From the NCBI GenBank assembly GCA_002104905.1, contig MCFE01000097.1:62001-126000 (forward strand): DNA of 64,000 bases. The letters run 5' to 3'. The position numbers and the translations under genes were made by a program. The notes under the pieces are model-generated. The model was not told where the DNA came from. It saw only the letters and a program-made list of their open reading frames with translations, and did not search any database. Shown piece after piece: positions 61,983 to 64,000 of this stretch (position 1 is the first letter of the stretch; each line of letters starts with the position of its first letter). This DNA is from Basidiobolus meristosporus CBS 931.73. Taxonomy: Eukaryota > Fungi > Basidiobolomycota.

Positions 61983-64000
61983 GCATCTCTCAGTTCTCGG
62001 CCGGATCCTTTGAGCTGCAACTTACAGCTCAGCCATGTAGATACAAGTAGTCAATGTAGTATTATATCAAGCCAAACCGACCTTCCTTTCATAAAGCTCC
62101 GACCCTGATATCACCGTAGCCAACCCGGTTCGTTTGCTAGATTCCAACATACATATTAATTTGAACAGCTATCACCTTCCCATGGCAAGGGTATACTGCA
62201 TAGAAATAAAAGCAACATCGATACTAGTGCACGTCTGTTGTCCGATACACAGGCTAGGTATGAACATGGACTTGTCTATAGGTAGGTGGTGTGGTGAACC
62301 TGTATATATGCCCCTTAGGGGGGAGCTGCGGAATCCCGCGAATGGACAGCAGTCAACCCTTTCAAGAGTATTCCTGGGAAATCCCTCTGAAACATTTGGC
62401 TTCTCTATAATGCCAGACAACAGAATCCAATTTAATCGTTTGGAGGAGTAACTGGACTAATCACATCGTGCTGGGATGTTGCTCCTACCTTTCTAGGACT
62501 TTCAACCAATGGCATTGCGAAATACGCCCCGAGTAAAACCCTGTTGTCACGTGGATTAGCTTTGGACAAAGCACACTGCTTTATCGTACAGATAATACGG
62601 ATGCATATGCTTAAAAGATAACTGGGTTGATGAGTCGGGAAAGCGCTTACAGAGGGATCTATGAAATGGATCAGCATGTCGTGATAACTATAGGTGCAGC
62701 GACCATTTGGACTCAATTTGTTCTCAGACAACCCGTGGAGTAGCGAAGAGTAAGCAACCAGCAGATGTCCGCGATATTGCCGTATCCAGGGCTCTACTGA
62801 TGTAAAATAGCAAGCAGCGCAAATGTCTGTGCTGGTCAAGCGGTCATATCACAGATCTATTAGACCATCAGTTTGTGTAATCAGCCATCGGTGTCATCAG
62901 CATTATCCTGTGCTAGCAGCTCATATATGTAGCAGAGCATTTGTTCCCATGTTTTCAGGAAAGAAAGCCAGTTGGTGAAATCTGAAGCACAGCATTCATT
63001 CGTGATGCCCGATCGAAGTTGGTAATAGACACCCATGCTCTCTCAAGATTTAATAACATTTAAGTGACTGACTTGTATATGGTGGCAATAAGGACTTTAT
63101 GAAGCTCTAACCTAAACGAGTCCGTGTGGGTTACACACTAGCGAGCTCTTGGATGGAGGATTCGTTTATGGCGTAGATATGATCTGCTCACCCATACTGG
63201 CATCGCTATGGCCCAAGTGATGCCTTGCAGCAAACACGTCAAGACGTGTGTACCTCATTGTCTAGTGCTCTCTCGTCTTGACCCTTACTTCACCGAATCA
63301 CCTTGGTTTCAAATGCAATCCAAGCGTACACATATTAATATCGATAGCCTCCTCGATAGATCAACACCAGCCATGATGGTGTTGCTGTCGATCAACTGGT
63401 TGCTCAGTCGGGATGCATCCTTTGAAGCATCATGAGGCCTGGCTTGTTCGTACAGTCCGATTACCGTGATCAACCAAGAGCGAGCATCTACACCAGCGCA
63501 GCTTTGGATTACAGTTAGGTACAGTTATGGAGCACATTGCCAGCTTCCTGTCAAGCTCCTGAAATAAAATCGTCCCATGCTTAGATCACCCTCAGCAGTG
63601 ATACGAATATCTTTGTGTTAATTGTGGTCATCCTTGCCATCACCCACCCAAAAATTCCAGATTCATTGATTCCTTATTCATGGCAATTCGAATCTCACAA
63701 CAATCAATCAAAGCTTTGTTTACTTCGAACCCCTTAATTGTGTGATCTGTTTTTGGATGGATCCTCCATAACAACCATGCATTCTGATTGACGGAGAACC
63801 CAGGATTTAATGGCTTTTTATTGTTATTCTATACTGCATGAGTAGAGCTATCTTTTGCATACAGAATTTTCGGGTGTCTTCCCCTGTCTTTACACCCTAG
63901 CCATATAAATCTATTACGTATGATCCGGAAGAATCCCCCTAGCATTTGTATCTTTTCTCCCCATCATATAGGTCAGATTGCCTTTGTAATCTAAAGTTAT

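Noticed and set aside
62000-64000. ORFs of 75-135 aa at the right end of the window
   Set aside because: No recognisable domain or coherent exon chain.
1-64000. tRNA, rRNA, CRISPR arrays, intact LTR or DNA transposons, bacterial HGT genes
   Set aside because: None recognised by eye. Most recognisable genes carry spliceosomal introns or are typical eukaryotic families. tRNAscan-SE, Infernal and RepeatModeler would be needed to exclude them.

Overview
Eukaryotic, intron-rich fungal genomic DNA with short GT-AG introns. Gene content and style suggest an early-diverging fungus such as a Basidiobolus-like zoopagomycete; that is an inference, not a search result. Hand-spliced models support about 24 protein-coding genes. 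These include a secreted class-3 lipase, a Ctr copper transporter, RAD18, a HAD hydrolase, a SAM-less SAMHD1-like dNTPase, an HMG-box factor, a Pho80/Pcl cyclin, three tandem secreted M20 metallopeptidases, RPS19, a bHLH-zipper factor, a 7TM GPCR-like protein, HRD1, PAN3, a chromodomain protein, an EngB GTPase, two Ser/Thr-rich cell-surface proteins and a CorA/ALR Mg2+ transporter. Three observations stand out. (1) A five-exon group XII-type secreted phospholipase A2, largely hidden from the ORF track, has its catalytic His-Asp on a 16-nt microexon and ends in a GPI-anchor-like tail. (2) The M20 triplet is a mosaic: near-identical 5' and 3' tracts surround a divergent island that holds the catalytic EE loop. 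(3) The chromodomain protein may carry a divergent chromo-shadow domain. I saw no tRNA, rRNA, CRISPR array or intact transposon. Splice models were built by eye and need RNA-seq confirmation.
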